Positions 36,089 to 49,599 of a stretch of DNA of 64,000 bases are shown in pieces. The translations under genes and the position numbers were made by a program. Below the pieces are notes generated by a model. It saw nothing but the letters and a program-made list of their open reading frames with translations, was not told the origin of the DNA and searched no databases. The stretch comes from Lepidodermella squamata (lineage: Eukaryota; Animalia; Gastrotricha): positions 1,302,001-1,366,000 of the forward strand of contig JBLDXI010000015.1 of the NCBI GenBank assembly GCA_047495785.1, in the 5' to 3' direction. Every line of letters starts with the position of its first letter. Positions within the stretch are counted from its first letter, which is position 1.

Positions 36089-39000
36089 ACTTCTTTCGCT
36101 TCTCGTACTTTCCATTCAGTAGTGCTAATTTATTATTAATGCCGTGCAGTTTTATGATTGTAAGTCGATATTTTATTTCGTTAATTCGCCGTCGTCATCG
36201 CCACTTATCTAGTGCGAAACTCATCACTACAGCAATATAAAAGGCGCCAAAAAACTTGTCGCGTGATGCACATGACGCATATGGTGAACTTGATACGACA
36301 AATATTCTCACGAGTAAAATGCAGTAAAAGCCGGGCGAAATTTGTTTTTTTTAATGCATGACGAATTCACGCAAACCTCATCCACGATACTCAGATAAGT
36401 CAAAAAGGGCAATTAAATCTCATTTTTTTCACGCAACTCTTTTTGAAGTTTTATATGTGAATTGGTTGGTGATATTTTGAGAATAGGAGCCACGGAGTTA
36501 TCTCATTACAAGGTTTTAACTTCAGACCTGCCAATACGTCATTAGTAATGTGTCAAAAGCCGCTGTCACAAATTACCCAGCGGAAAAGTGGAGTTAGTAG
36601 TATTCATTAATGGCCTCGATTTAATTCCCCGATCATGTAAAATTTCATTATGCTTCATATAGCCGTCATCATTATGAGAGGCAAGGCTGCATAAAAAAGC
36701 AGCACGTGCGGCCAAAGTCATTGATTAGGAAATTTGAAGTGAATTACCCTGAAATGCCTCTTTTCCTCACATGTGAAAGGCACAACATAGGACTAGCAAT
36801 TTCCTTAACTGGTTTTCTACTATACATAAAGTGCTTACTAGTTTGGGAGTTGTAATTTTTGATATGTTATATATTTTATTGGTTTTCTCATTTGCCGATA
36901 TTTTCACGCATTTCTTAAAGAAGTTTTTATTCCTATCAATTTTATCTGAGCGGAGATTTATTAAATTTTACCCGGTTGTAAATTGAGGAAGTGATTTTAT
37001 TTACCCGAAAACTCGTCTGGCCGCGCACTTCGATATTGCATATCGATTTGTCTCTATATCGGTCCATATGCAGTCTTTTACGCACATGAGCTCTGTTTTA
37101 GGAAAAATAAAGCGCGCCGGATGCGCAGCGCATGTATGTTATTTCGGCACATTTGTCCACACGCACTTACCAAGTATACCAAATTTAATACTCGCCTGTA
37201 GTGCCGAGCAAGACCATAACGGCTCATGCAAGCTTACTGACTGGTCCCTAGCAGCAACTTTTTTGCGGCCGGACTAAATACTGGCGTGATCATTTTCGGC
37301 TTGTCTTTTTCATATTTTACGCAGTGAATAGAAATTAGCCGTTGTAGTCTCTCAATAGCACCTGATAATTTACCGCACGATTCATTAGCTAATTCGCATT
37401 GACGGTCTTTCACCTGTGTTATCGAGAAGAGAAATTGAACCCGTGATTATTTATTTTTTACATTCCGCGCGCCGCCACAGCCTCGAAATTTCGTTCGTAA
37501 TAGCAATAGGTAGCCCAGTAATTTTTACAAGATCAATTGTTACGCGATGAAAGCTGATTGCTGATGTATTTACATTATATCTATGCAACGGCGGCGATGA
37601 TAAGCAATAGCTAGCGTGTCGACATCAGTTCGCCGTAATTGTAGCTATTATTATCGAAAACAATAAAAATAACAGTTTTCTTTTTGTTGATTCTTCACGC
37701 TACTGCGTGCTAAGCAAATACGTATGCGGCTCGCTTTCAACGCTCATCCGGTCTTTCAGCGCCTCTTCATTTGGCTGCGGTAGCTACAGATGATTCCGTT
37801 TGTAGATCCCATGCCCAAATATCGTAGTGCCACTCGCGCGTAACCGGTCTCTGTACTAACGCATCATGCCCAACTGCGAACTCGCAATTCTCGAATCGGG
37901 CCTACTTTTTTATATTATCTCGCCTGCTTATTCCGGATCAATAATTAAGCGACTTCGGAGGTCGCTTTTTCAGGGCTTAGTATAAGTCGCTTAATCTGGG
38001 ACGTTCTCTTGGAGCACCAAAAGCCCACTGCTATTCTCTTTTTCCGTTTTTCTTACATTTTTACACGGAGTTTTCAGAGCTTTCCGTAAATTTAAATTTC
38101 AATGGCCGAAGAACTTTGAAAGGCCTTGTGATAGCCTAGTGGCTACTTTCAAGCTTTTTCGGCTGCGAATTTTCGGACCAGAGGGTCTCCCCTGTGGTTT
38201 GTTTTTTCGGAATTTATTGTCTCGATCTCTCGAATCCTCCTGTATAACACACACCGGTGCCTATTATACTCACCAAGCTGGGCCAATAATCGCACTGGGC
38301 CTTTAATAGCTAATGGGATATAACATATTTGCTGTACTCCATAATTTTGATCTGCTTAATGAAAAAGGAAATTGAACGTCCGGAGATCTCAAATTTATCG
38401 AATGATAAAAATAGAAAAATGTAAAAATTAATAATGATTTTATGATTTTTGCCATTTATTTCTGCAATCTCTTTTGGTTTAACGTTCCCATTTCCGAATT
38501 CGCAGTTAGATTGGGGCGCGTATAATCTGTGACAAGAAATAGGAATTGAGCTATCTTGCACGTTCCTTTCCAAGTCTTTTACGCAATGCTGCGAAGACGC
38601 GTTAATCCTGCCTTTCTCGTTAATCCAAGAAAAAGCCTGGTGTAAACACGCGCACACAAAAAGTGGCCCTCGTAATTCCAACGCAGGCACAAAGAAAGGT
38701 GAGCGCGCTAATGCTTAATTCTTTGTAAAGTAAGATGCGCACATTAATGTTTTTGCTAGCCATTGCGTAGGCAGCCTTGCATTCATGATCGCGGCTAGGA
38801 CATAAAATAAATCAAAAGCTCATGAAGAGGTAATGATCGGCTAAATGGTGCCAAAAACGTAACCTATACGACGTATTTACATTTCTGGAAAGTTATGGAA
38901 TTATTTGGAGCTTCATTCCTCAGTATTTCAAAATAAATGCTGTCGCCCAAGCTGTATTAATTGCTTGAAGGCGATATGCATTTAATGAAATCTTGGACGT

Positions 39001-40352
39001 AGGACGTTTGGAATAGGTTCCCCTTATTCCTTTCCTTTTGTGTCGCCTTGATTCCTATCGTGGGTGAAATAGGAAACTTCTAAGCGCATAGCTCAATGTT
39101 TATCGATAGCATTAGCTTACATTAATACAAGAACAATATTGGGTTAAATTAATCTTAATGAAAATTCTCCATTTTTTTCATACAAGTGTTGAAGCGTTTT
39201 CCGTTTAAACGTTCGAATATAATCCGGCTCACATTAATGCGGCCCAAATTGCATGGCTGGTGCCTCGGAATGAAATTTACATACAAATGGTTGCAATAAG
39301 CCAGATGACATTAATTCGAACTTGCGTTATAACTTACCAAATGGTGCATCACAGAGTCCAAATTTTTTATGAAGAGCGTGTTCTACCCCAAATTCGATAT
39401 TCAAAATGGGATTCCTTTTCAATCTCCAATTATTAGATGTAGATCAATTTTTCAAGTTTGATAAGAAAATGTAGAATAGCGTTCACTGATATTTTGTCGG
39501 CCAATGAAAAAGCAAAGACAAGGGGAAAATTTCAACATCGATATTTTTTGAGTCACCGATTTAGCCCGGCCTACAATAAAAAGCGGGCTTCCATTAAACA
39601 AAACTAAATTCTCTGGCGAGTCCGGCTCAGACAGAAATTACTGTGATTTTATTGCAATTATATAGCTACTTTTTCATAATTTATCAATAGATTCAGTAAC
39701 ACTATTCAATTTTTCTGTGGCATCGGCGGCTTGCGTACAAATATTTCAGCCAAAAAAATGCACAGCAATCAGTGCATCATGTCCGTTAGTAAGCTCATAC
39801 ACAGAGCCAGCGTTCGATACTTGGTATATTTGTTCGCAGCAACAATGCTGTGGAGAGATAAATGTTCGTGTAATGGCGGACAGCGCGCAATTTTCGAATC
39901 GAGCGTGTTCATTAACCATGGTAATAAGTGATGCGCATATCTTCAACTAGATATAGACGATATTGGTTAAGCATCAATATTATTTGCCGAGACGCACTTT
40001 GTTTACCTGGTTTTTTTCTTTGTAGGATGATACTTATACCTGTTTGCTTTTTTACGACTCGCCGCCTAATGGTTCGACATTCTGACGCAGCAAGTGCCGG
40101 ACCGTTTGCCTACCCAGCGTAAATAAGTTATTTTAGCCATAACGCAAACCGATACATCATGCGATAGAACCGGCGCAAATCGATTATCGAAAAACAACCT
40201 CAACCTCAGCCTGCCCTAATTTTGTGGTTTCGGCCGCGACTTCACCTTAAATGTGACGACCCTTAAAACGCTCGAAATAAGACGACTATAGCAACTTGAA
40301 AATTGCGGTCGTTATTACGACTTGAACCGTTCGTCACTGCCGAAAGGGCTTG

Positions 40353-42986
40353 ATGGCCCTCGCCGCCTTGAACGAGACATTTTTCAACAATGAATCGAGC
40401 TCAACAGATGCGGCAGAGCAAGGTAAGCCACTTGATTTCTTGAGAGATTATGAAAATATCAATGTCGAAAATATTAGGACTTGATTTGGTGTCCTAAAGA
40501 TTGATTTAACTATCCTGTAGAAGTAGATTGTAATTCGGGAATTGCAATTTGAAAGACTTTTTTAGTGTTGAAATCAATTGAAAAGAAAAGTCTGAGATAA
40601 TGTGTATTTCACTTGAAACGTACGAGTTGTTGATTAATGAAATGGACAAAGTATGTGCAATCAATCAATATAAATGACTTGTCTATCAAGCATCCAAAAA
40701 ATATGACTTTTAAAATGTTCTCCGTATAAATAGCGAAAGCCTTTTCAATCAAGTTCGAGGCGTGGTTTAATTCAGCTGAAGACGTAAATAGTATTTGCTG
40801 TTCGTTTTGCATTCAAGATAAAGTTACTAGCGCGAAATATCCTTGGAGACCCTAGGTGGAAATTACGGCTCTCAATTTATTTCTGCGATAATGTAGCCAT
40901 TAGTATTGATTAGGACTCATGGGCTCAATGAAAGCCGATAATACATTATCGAAAATACCTGATTATATCGCTATTATGAGGAAACTTCACGCTGCAATGT
41001 TCACGATTTAACTTGTTCGCTCTATAACACTCAATATTAAATTGAAAATGCGCTTTCATCTCACAGACCTCGGCCCGGAGATAATAGAGAACGACTGCAG
41101 CAGCGGCCCGCTTTACAATGTCTTGATGATAGCTTTATTTGTGTTCGGAACCGTCGGCAACATCGCCTCAGTCGCCGTCATGCACCGGCCATCGCTGCGA
41201 AAACGCGCCGGATCGCCGGCCCTCACTGTTTTAGTCTTTTTCAATACGCTTGGCCTCTTCTTCAACGGTCTTTCTTCCATAGATGACATGAATTCTGTGG
41301 TAAGATTTATTACCAGAATTTGTAATGATTATTCGTGGTATTTCGTCATAGTATAATGGATCAATAGAGGCTCACGTAGGGCCGATTGGATGCAAACTGC
41401 TTCGTTACGTACCAGCCGTTATCCAGCTGATGGGCCATTGGGTTGTTGTCTACATCACAGCGCAGCGATTTGTTGCCGTGTGTCTGCCTAAAGCCGATAG
41501 CGCCTTCTTTCAAGATACAAATGCCAAAGTTGTTCATTCGTCAATATTTATTGTTGTTGCTGCTACACAGTTATGGCGGCCTTATCTCGATACACAAGTG
41601 GTAAGTTTTAACCTAAAAATTGTTGAAAATCACAATTAAATTTCGGACTTTCAGCCTGCTACCTATGTCAATTCAACAAATGGAACTCTCGAACTAGAAG
41701 CGCCAGCCAGTTGTAGCGCTGAACATCTGGGAATTTACATAGACCTCGAATCATTTTTCTACCAACTCGGCCTGTTGTTCTTCCTACCGGCTGTTCTCAT
41801 TCTAGTTATGAACACATGTGTAATCATTAAACTATATCAAGACTACCACCGGAACCGACGGCAAGCTCAAAGAAGACAGCTCCGTGAGTCTCTACGGTTG
41901 CAAATGTTCGAAAGTATATCTACGGGAACCCATGAACATGTGCAAAATGCTACCTCCACGTCAAAGAAGGACGACTTGAAAAATGCATTTCTTGAAGAAA
42001 TGGAAACCGGAGGGGCGGAAGCTCCGCTGGAGACAAAGCTACGCAAGGCAACTGTTGTCCTGTTGGCCGTCACGTGTACGTTCTGGTGTTATATCCTGCC
42101 GCATCTCTTTTTACTGCTGTATGTTCGACTCAACGAACTCATAAACGGCCGTTTGGCCGGCTATAACGCTTTCATGCGAGTTTGTAAAGTAAGTTTCCAT
42201 TTGCTATCTTTCGCATGCAATTTCTTTTTTACGAAACTCCGCCAATTTTCTGTGTTCATTCACCAAACCCATGACTCAACCCTTTTCGACAATTCCTCGG
42301 CCCGGCAAATTCTGAAATATGAGGCCAAAGTGGGAGACAAGGATAGATGGTTTTGAATTTGGAAACACCTTTCCCATATGAGGAATATCCGATAAACCCG
42401 ATGGTTTGATTAGGGATTAGACCCGCTTCCCTCATTATTTCTAGGCCAAGCCAAAATTATAATTGAAAAATAGTACGAATTGTATCCACGTTTCTGATGT
42501 TACAAGTCTGACAATTCTTTATTCTTTCAGATACGGTCAAATTAACTTAATTTTTTTAAATTACCGCAGGCTCTCAATGTGACTAGTTTCTTAGCAACAA
42601 TCAGTAGCGCCGACTACATCCTTCTTCAGCTTATCTTCGACGACATGTTTCGGCGTGAGCTCCAATTCATCGTCTACCGCCTGTTTGGAAAGTGTTCACT
42701 ACGCTGCCAGTACCTCTACATCCGCGAGCGGCAACTGCAACGTCCGCCGCCGGAGCCAGAGCTCCACAGGAATCCTATAAAATCCTCAAGCAGCAACGGT
42801 ATATCGTCCATGTGCGAGAGCAGTTTGATAGCGAGACCGTCTAGCCTCGCCCCGGTAGCTCTTCTCGCCGCGACGCCGACCAGTTGCGACCTGACTGATA
42901 TCCGAAGTACGTGCAGCCAGTCGAAGCCTTTCATTTCTCCATCGCCTACCGTCGATTCCGTCCTGTTCAGAGACAGCCAGGTCTAA
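40353..42986 (+). CDS. Rhodopsin-class GPCR, paralog 4
   Basis: First exon 40353-40422 (MALAALNETFFNNES, N-glycosylation sites) splices to 41067. GTVGNIASV, HWVVVYITAQRF, ISSADYI. Confidence 0.87.
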
Positions 42987-44168
42987 CCCTTCTAATGTTT
43001 CTATCTCTATAACAACCGTCTTCCCCGCTGAGGATCTATACATCATCAGATTTTTATTTCTACTTGAATTGATGAATTATTTCATATTTTGTTTTTGCTA
43101 AAATTAATACTCGGTTTGATTCGCGATTTTATTACGTAAAATATGTTACAACTGATACGTGATAAGAATGCGTTGATATATAGAGCGATAATCTGTTAAC
43201 CACGATACGCATCGTTGAAAGGAGCTACGCAAAAATAAAGAAGCAAAGATTGAACTGAAGTATTTTTTGCTGTTATTAAAGTGTGGAGCGGAAAAGCGAA
43301 GATTGCTCTCATTTTTTATTAATTCAGCTTTTCAATATCCCGCTGAGCCTGCCATTGGCGCGTTCTGTAATCTTTCAGTTAATGCACGTAAGTGGAATTT
43401 TGATAGAGCCGTCGATTTATCAATTTTTCAATCCTTTTCGACAATTCATTCAGCGTTTTTAAGGATGCATACTACGCAAAAAAAATCTCGAATGCTTTGA
43501 AACAATTTGTAATTCATAATGTATTGCACATTTTCTTGGGGTTTCCTAGGGTTTTATGAGTTCACATAGAATTATAAATATGAATTAGGGAGCAGTTCCA
43601 ATTTAGGACAATTATTGTTTCGATGATTCTTCCAAATTTCTGGGATTCAAGATTTTACAACCAACAAAAAAGAGTTCTACAACAATTTGGCCTTTTTGTT
43701 AGCGAAACAAAATTCTATTGATATGTGAAGACCCACTACGACCACCTTTCGCCCTTCTCGATACATGTTTGTTTACCTAAGACTGCAAAAAACTTGAGTG
43801 AAATAAGTTTCGCATCCATTATCTTTTCGATTACTCTTAGCAGGTTCGACGAGGCGGTAAAACTAATATCAGTAAAAACGCGATTTATTTGTTCTTTGCA
43901 TCAACACTAACGAGTGGTCGTCGATTCTTTCCAAGTCATGCTTGGCCGGCTAGCTGATCGCAGTGAATTCGGGAACGAGTGTCTTATATCAATCATCATA
44001 CGCTGATGAGGTAGTAGCGGCTTAGTTTTTTACTACAGCGAGACTACCGCGCAATCAATGTTTACCCGGCTCTCCTTATAACATCATTAGCCGCATTGTT
44101 CTTTATTCCTTCGGTAGAAACAAAATAATGGTCCTCTCGTAGCTCCCACGAGTTAGGATCGAGTTGCA

Positions 44169-46065
44169 ATGTCGGAAAACTTGGGTAATTATTTCTAAAC
44201 TCAATTTCTCGATATCTGAGTATTTTAACAAAATTTAGATTCCAACGGTGAACCATACAACACTACAAATGTTGATACTTCACATTGCAGTGGTGGAAAG
44301 TGGTTCGATTCGATAATTCTCGTGCTTTTCCTTATTGGAGCTGCGGGGAACATGCTTTCTGTGATCGTTATGCGACGGCCGTCGATTCGAAGGCGCAATT
44401 ACTCACCGGCGCTGAGTGTCTTAGCCCTTTTCAATATTCTAGCCTTATTTTTCCAAGCCTTGTTCGCTATGAGTGGTCTCATTGTTGGGGTAAGACCGCT
44501 TTTCTACAGGAGACGCATGGTTTTAATTTTGTTTGCAACTAAAACAGAATGAATCCTTATTCGATCATTTGGTATCACAAATTTTAATTTTTGTATTGTT
44601 TCGCTGTTTCCCCTGATGTAGTCCTTTTCTTCAAACATTTCCAGCAAGACAACGATTATTTATTGCATTTTTCAGAGTTATGACTCGATGGAGAGGCAAC
44701 TTGGCTCCTTCGGCTGCAAAATGATCCGATATATGCCACCCGTGATCCAGTTGATGGATCACTGGATGGTTGTTTTCATCACTGCTCAGCGTTTCTTCGC
44801 AATCTGCTTGCCAAAATCGCCACTGGGTGTGGTTTTCGCTGACACCAACTCAAAAATCGTGTTCCCTGTGATGTTCATTTTTGTGGCGAGTACTCAGATA
44901 TGGCGGCCTTTCATGGACACGCTCGACCCGGCGATTTACGATAAAGAAACCGGTCAGATTTTGGTACCAGAATCTTGCGGGGCCAAATTGAACTACATCG
45001 AGACTTACGTTCAAATCGACTGGTTCGTCTACCAACTCGCCCTTCTCTTCTTCTTCCCGTCACTATTCATTCTCGTCATGAATGCTGGAGTTATTTATAA
45101 GCTGTACCAGGACTATAACATCAGAAACCAGCGCCTATTAAGAGTCCGTTTGTCTATGTCAACCGGAGCTAGGCGGCTGGAGGAAGAGGATGCCGAGCAA
45201 GAGAATGACCTGCTTAAGGAGGTGAAAGATTGCGACGGAGCGGATTCCCTTGAAACGCGAATACGCAAGGCTACGATCCTATTACTTGCCTTAACCTGCA
45301 CATTTTGGTTCTACACTCTGCCTTACTTGTTACTGTTGATGTACGTTAGAATCTACGACATGATATTCGGGCGTCAGGCTGGTCTTCTCGCCTTTGTCAG
45401 AGTGTGTCTGGTGGGTTTTCTATTTTGTCCTAATTCAGGACATTTTTAAATTTTGTCGTTTGCAGGCGTTGAACATCACAAGTATCATCGCCTCGCTGAG
45501 TAGCGCCGACTATTTTTTCGTTCAGTTCATTTTTGACGATCTATTCCGGCTCGAGCTCAAATTCATGGCTTATCGACTCCTTGGCTACTGTTCAAGTTCC
45601 TTCCGCTTCCGTTACATACAAGCTAGAAGGAAACACAGGCTGAGGCTAGCACGTGGTTACTATTTGGACTATAGAATCAATAATTTGAACAAGAAAACGC
45701 CCTCGACTACTATTGAGCAGAGCGGAGCTTGTAAACAGGTCATATCTCTGACTTCTTTCACTGCATCAGCATTCATGGCGCCACAGGTCGTTCGGTACAT
45801 AGATATGGACAGTTTTATGGAGTCGTCGCTCATACTCAGCCAAATGCAGCAAAGCACGACAAGCACAATGTCCCGGTTAACGGATTGCCTATCGATGGAC
45901 ACGAGCTTCGACGCTCGTTGTCGAGACTTCAAACCCATCGATTCATCTGAAAGCAGTGAAAATCGTAGGAATTCGTTGATTCAATCTCGCCTTGTGTTGT
46001 ATCTTTACCTCAACGGAAGCTACCACGACTTGTTAACTACCCAGAATCAAAATCGTGTGGCGTAA
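44169..46065 (+). CDS. Rhodopsin-class GPCR, paralog 5
   Basis: Short first exon (MSENL, intron 44185-44238). GAAGNMLSV, HWMVVFITAQRF, LSSADYF. Confidence 0.87.
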
Positions 46066-46282
46066 TAATGAGAAGGGAAATAAAGAACAATGTCGCAGAA
46101 TCGATTATTAGCTCCGCGTTCTTTTGTCCACAAATCCCTTTATGCCATGTCAAACTTGATATACATAAATCAATGTTTCCGATACGGATATTATACGCGT
46201 AATGGAAACCGGTCGTTTTTTATTTGGAATGAAAATCTGGCAAAAGGATCACATTTTTTAGCAACTAATCAATTTTGCAAAA

Positions 46283-47662
46283 ATGTTCAAGGACTCTAGC
46301 AAAGAAATATATGAGCAAGGTATGGAGCCTGAATAGTTTTAACAAGCTCTACAGTTTTTAGAACTAGATGGCTCCTCGATGTGCTTCGACTCGAATCAAC
46401 GACGTCTCATGCTGATTCTCAACGTGTCTGTATCCGGGGTGGGAATTTTGGGGAACGTGGTATCGCTAACAGTTATGCAGCGTCCATTAATCCGGAAACG
46501 AGCTGGATCTCCTGGTCTCAGTGTCTTGATATGGGTCAACACTCTGAATCTAATTTTCAACTCGATTGCCTCAGCAGATGCCCTTAATTCAGTGAGTTTT
46601 CTTCGCTATTCAAGCACTCAAAAATCCTTCCAAGTACAGAATAGAAGAAGCAAGTATCCCGTGCCCAACTTAATTCATGATTGTTGAAGAATTTCAAATC
46701 GTTTTTCAGGAAGGTGGAGGATCATTAGAAACACTGATTGGCCATTACGGATGCAAAATTTACCGATTCCTACCCCACGCAATTCAAATGATGGGACACT
46801 GGGTTGTAGTTTTCATAACTGCGCAGAGATTCGCCGCAGTCTGTTTGACTACAACTGACAGTGCCGTATTTCGTGATGAGAACGCCATTATTACCTTCCC
46901 AGTTTTAGCTGCATTGGTGGCCATGAGCCAGGCGTGGAGGTTTTGTTTCGATAAGCAAGAGGTAAGTTCCCTCGTTTTTCGTAGAAGGCGGATTTAATTT
47001 CAATTTCAAAGCCTGCCTTGATGAATGGAACCACTGTTCAGGAACCAGCTTATTGTACTGCTGATAACCTCCATTTTTACGTCGATTTTCACTCATTCTA
47101 CCACGAACTAATTTTGTTATTTCTGATACCGGCAACTCTGATTCTCATTATGAACACGTGCGTGATTTATCAAGTCTGCAGGAGTTACAGAAATCGCAAC
47201 CAAAATCCTAAACTCGCTAGGAAGGTCACGATTATCCTACTAGCAGTTACCTGCATCTTCTGGACTTACATGCTACCGCGATTGTCAATTTTGATGTACA
47301 TCCGCTTCATAGACCTCATCTACGGTCCACAAGCCGGAGCTAATGCTTACTTTTCAGTTTGCAAGGTATGAAAGATGATTGCTTATTACACCAACCGTAA
47401 TTTCACTTTAAAGGCCTTGGATGTCACGAGTTTCATCTCGTCCCTCAGTTCGGGAGATTACGTCGTAATCCAGCTTATTTACGACGATATGTTCCGAGGT
47501 GAGCTCAAGAGAATGTTCGCTACTAAGCCAAACTCGGAAATGGCTGATTTGGCCGCTTTGCGACTTCAAAGGCGACGGGAGATTCCTAAAATTTCAACAT
47601 TTTCCACTGTCAGCATTGGCAACGGCGGCACAGGAAGCACTCCTCAACACCAAGACATATAG
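46283..47662 (+). CDS. Rhodopsin-class GPCR, paralog 6 (short ICL3)
   Basis: First exon MFKDSSKEIYEQ. GILGNVVSL, HWVVVFITAQRF, LSSGDYV. Four introns. Confidence 0.85.
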
Positions 47663-49599
47663 CACTTACAAGACTGTTTTCAGAGCTTGGGATCAAATAA
47701 AAAAGCTGAATACAGCCTTCCTACTTTGAATATTTGAAAGAATGATAGTTTTAATGTTATTATATCTGGTAAAAGAGAAGTGCATGGTCTCACACATATT
47801 TACACTTGCTAGCACCAAAATAATCGAGCAACTAAATTAGGCAAATTAGGCCGCGCCCGATCGATTGCACCGATATAACTCTTCAGACGTCACACAAACA
47901 CATAGACTGCGATGGGAACAGAAAGCGGCGCGTCATCAATCAAACTGAATATTAAGATTTCTAAATATCTGCTAATAGCAACCCGTTTGACATTATATCG
48001 TGAATAGTAAAAAAACATCATGGACATGAATAATATTTATAACGATTATGCTTGCGCAGCGGAGCGTTATGAAAAGTCGTTTCGCTAATGTCTTTGCAAA
48101 TTACCATATCGCCTTTCAAAAATTTAGAACTCCTACCGCCTATTGACCGTAATAATAGTGGACGCGTTTTGTAGTTGCCCCTGTCGTAACTTGAACTACT
48201 AATGTATGACGCAGATTCAGGTCTCCCGAGCTACCAATAGCTCTTAAACTGCTAATATAAAATACCATCAGCTATAAATAGCTCCGCATCAAATTCAATT
48301 GTCGCGAACTGATAAACTCGAACAGCATCCTTTTCGCTTTAATCTTATAGCTTCCTCAATATTAGCGGGACTGGGTTGTAAGAGGCTGAAGAAAGTCTTC
48401 CCACAATTTCCTGATGGCTAAGAAAAATTCGATAATTACGATAAATTTAGTTCAAGCTTCCAAGCATTGCCTCTTCATTGCTTCGTATTCACCACGATTT
48501 TAGAAAAATCTTCAAAACTCGAATTTTTTTATATGTTTCTGAAATTCTAAATTTGGCTTTGTAACAGCCTTAAAAGATCAATAACTAAACAGGCGATAGT
48601 ATCCCTTATGTTCCCATTTAGAAATGGGATCAAACTCGGGATTATGCTGAAACTGAGCTGACAGATTATCGATAGATAAGAAAGGTAGCATTGTGCTTGC
48701 TTCATGCAGGATTATTTAGACATTACATTTCACTTTTTCTGCGTAACATCCACTTAGCTGCGGGCGCTGTCTGCGCACAATTTCCCGCCGAAGCTTCCGT
48801 TCATTTCAATCCGCACTTCCCAAAATAGCATAAACATTTTTGTATCGTTTTACACTATAATATATGGTTTGTTTTTCACAGTGCAGGGAATATCAGTTTT
48901 TGCAGAGCAACCATCTGCGCCATCTAAGCAAATTACTGCGCCGAGAGCGAGCCATTGATAAAATATTTGCCAAAGCTATTTCGCCGCTCTCGGGTCAAAT
49001 TAACTTCGACTATCGCTGAAAATGCTATTAAGTCATCATTTTCAACTTCCCATGACAGCAGCGTGGCTGACAGTTGGTGTGATAAGTCATTCTTGGCCGA
49101 CAATTTCATTAAATAATACTGTTATCGCGCAGTTTCCATTATCCTGGAAATATTCTTTCAGTTTTGTTACGAAATGTTAAGCGTTAATCATTTTTGGGCG
49201 AGAAGAATTAATTGACGCACGGTGCGTACCTGTTTATTTAGATCGTACCGCTAGGGCAAAAAATCATCTGCAAAGCAAGAGAGATCGATAATAACCCAAA
49301 ATGCGCGCTGTACAGGATAGATTTACAATACCTGTTCGCTTTGATGTATACATTAGCGTAATGAAGATGTATTCACGCGCCACTAGCAACGTAGCAATAT
49401 GAAACGATAATTCGCTCATGATCATCGCCAGCGCAAATCGTTTTTTCTCGCGCTCATCTCTTATAAGCACAATTGCTTGCGTTTCCTATTTCAGGAATTT
49501 TTCAAGAGTTCTCACCATAATATTGATCGTAGTAGCAGTAAAAAAGGCATTTTTTAACAAATTCAATTTTCACACAATAGGTATGATATCCGAAATTTG

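Noticed and set aside
36100-40300. Short ORFs in the large intergenic gap (e.g. 38310-38690)
   Set aside because: No recognisable domains, exon structure or transposase/RT motifs.
48693-48710. U6 snRNA-like start GTGCTTGCTTC
   Set aside because: Similarity ends after 11 nt and there is no ACAGAGA box.
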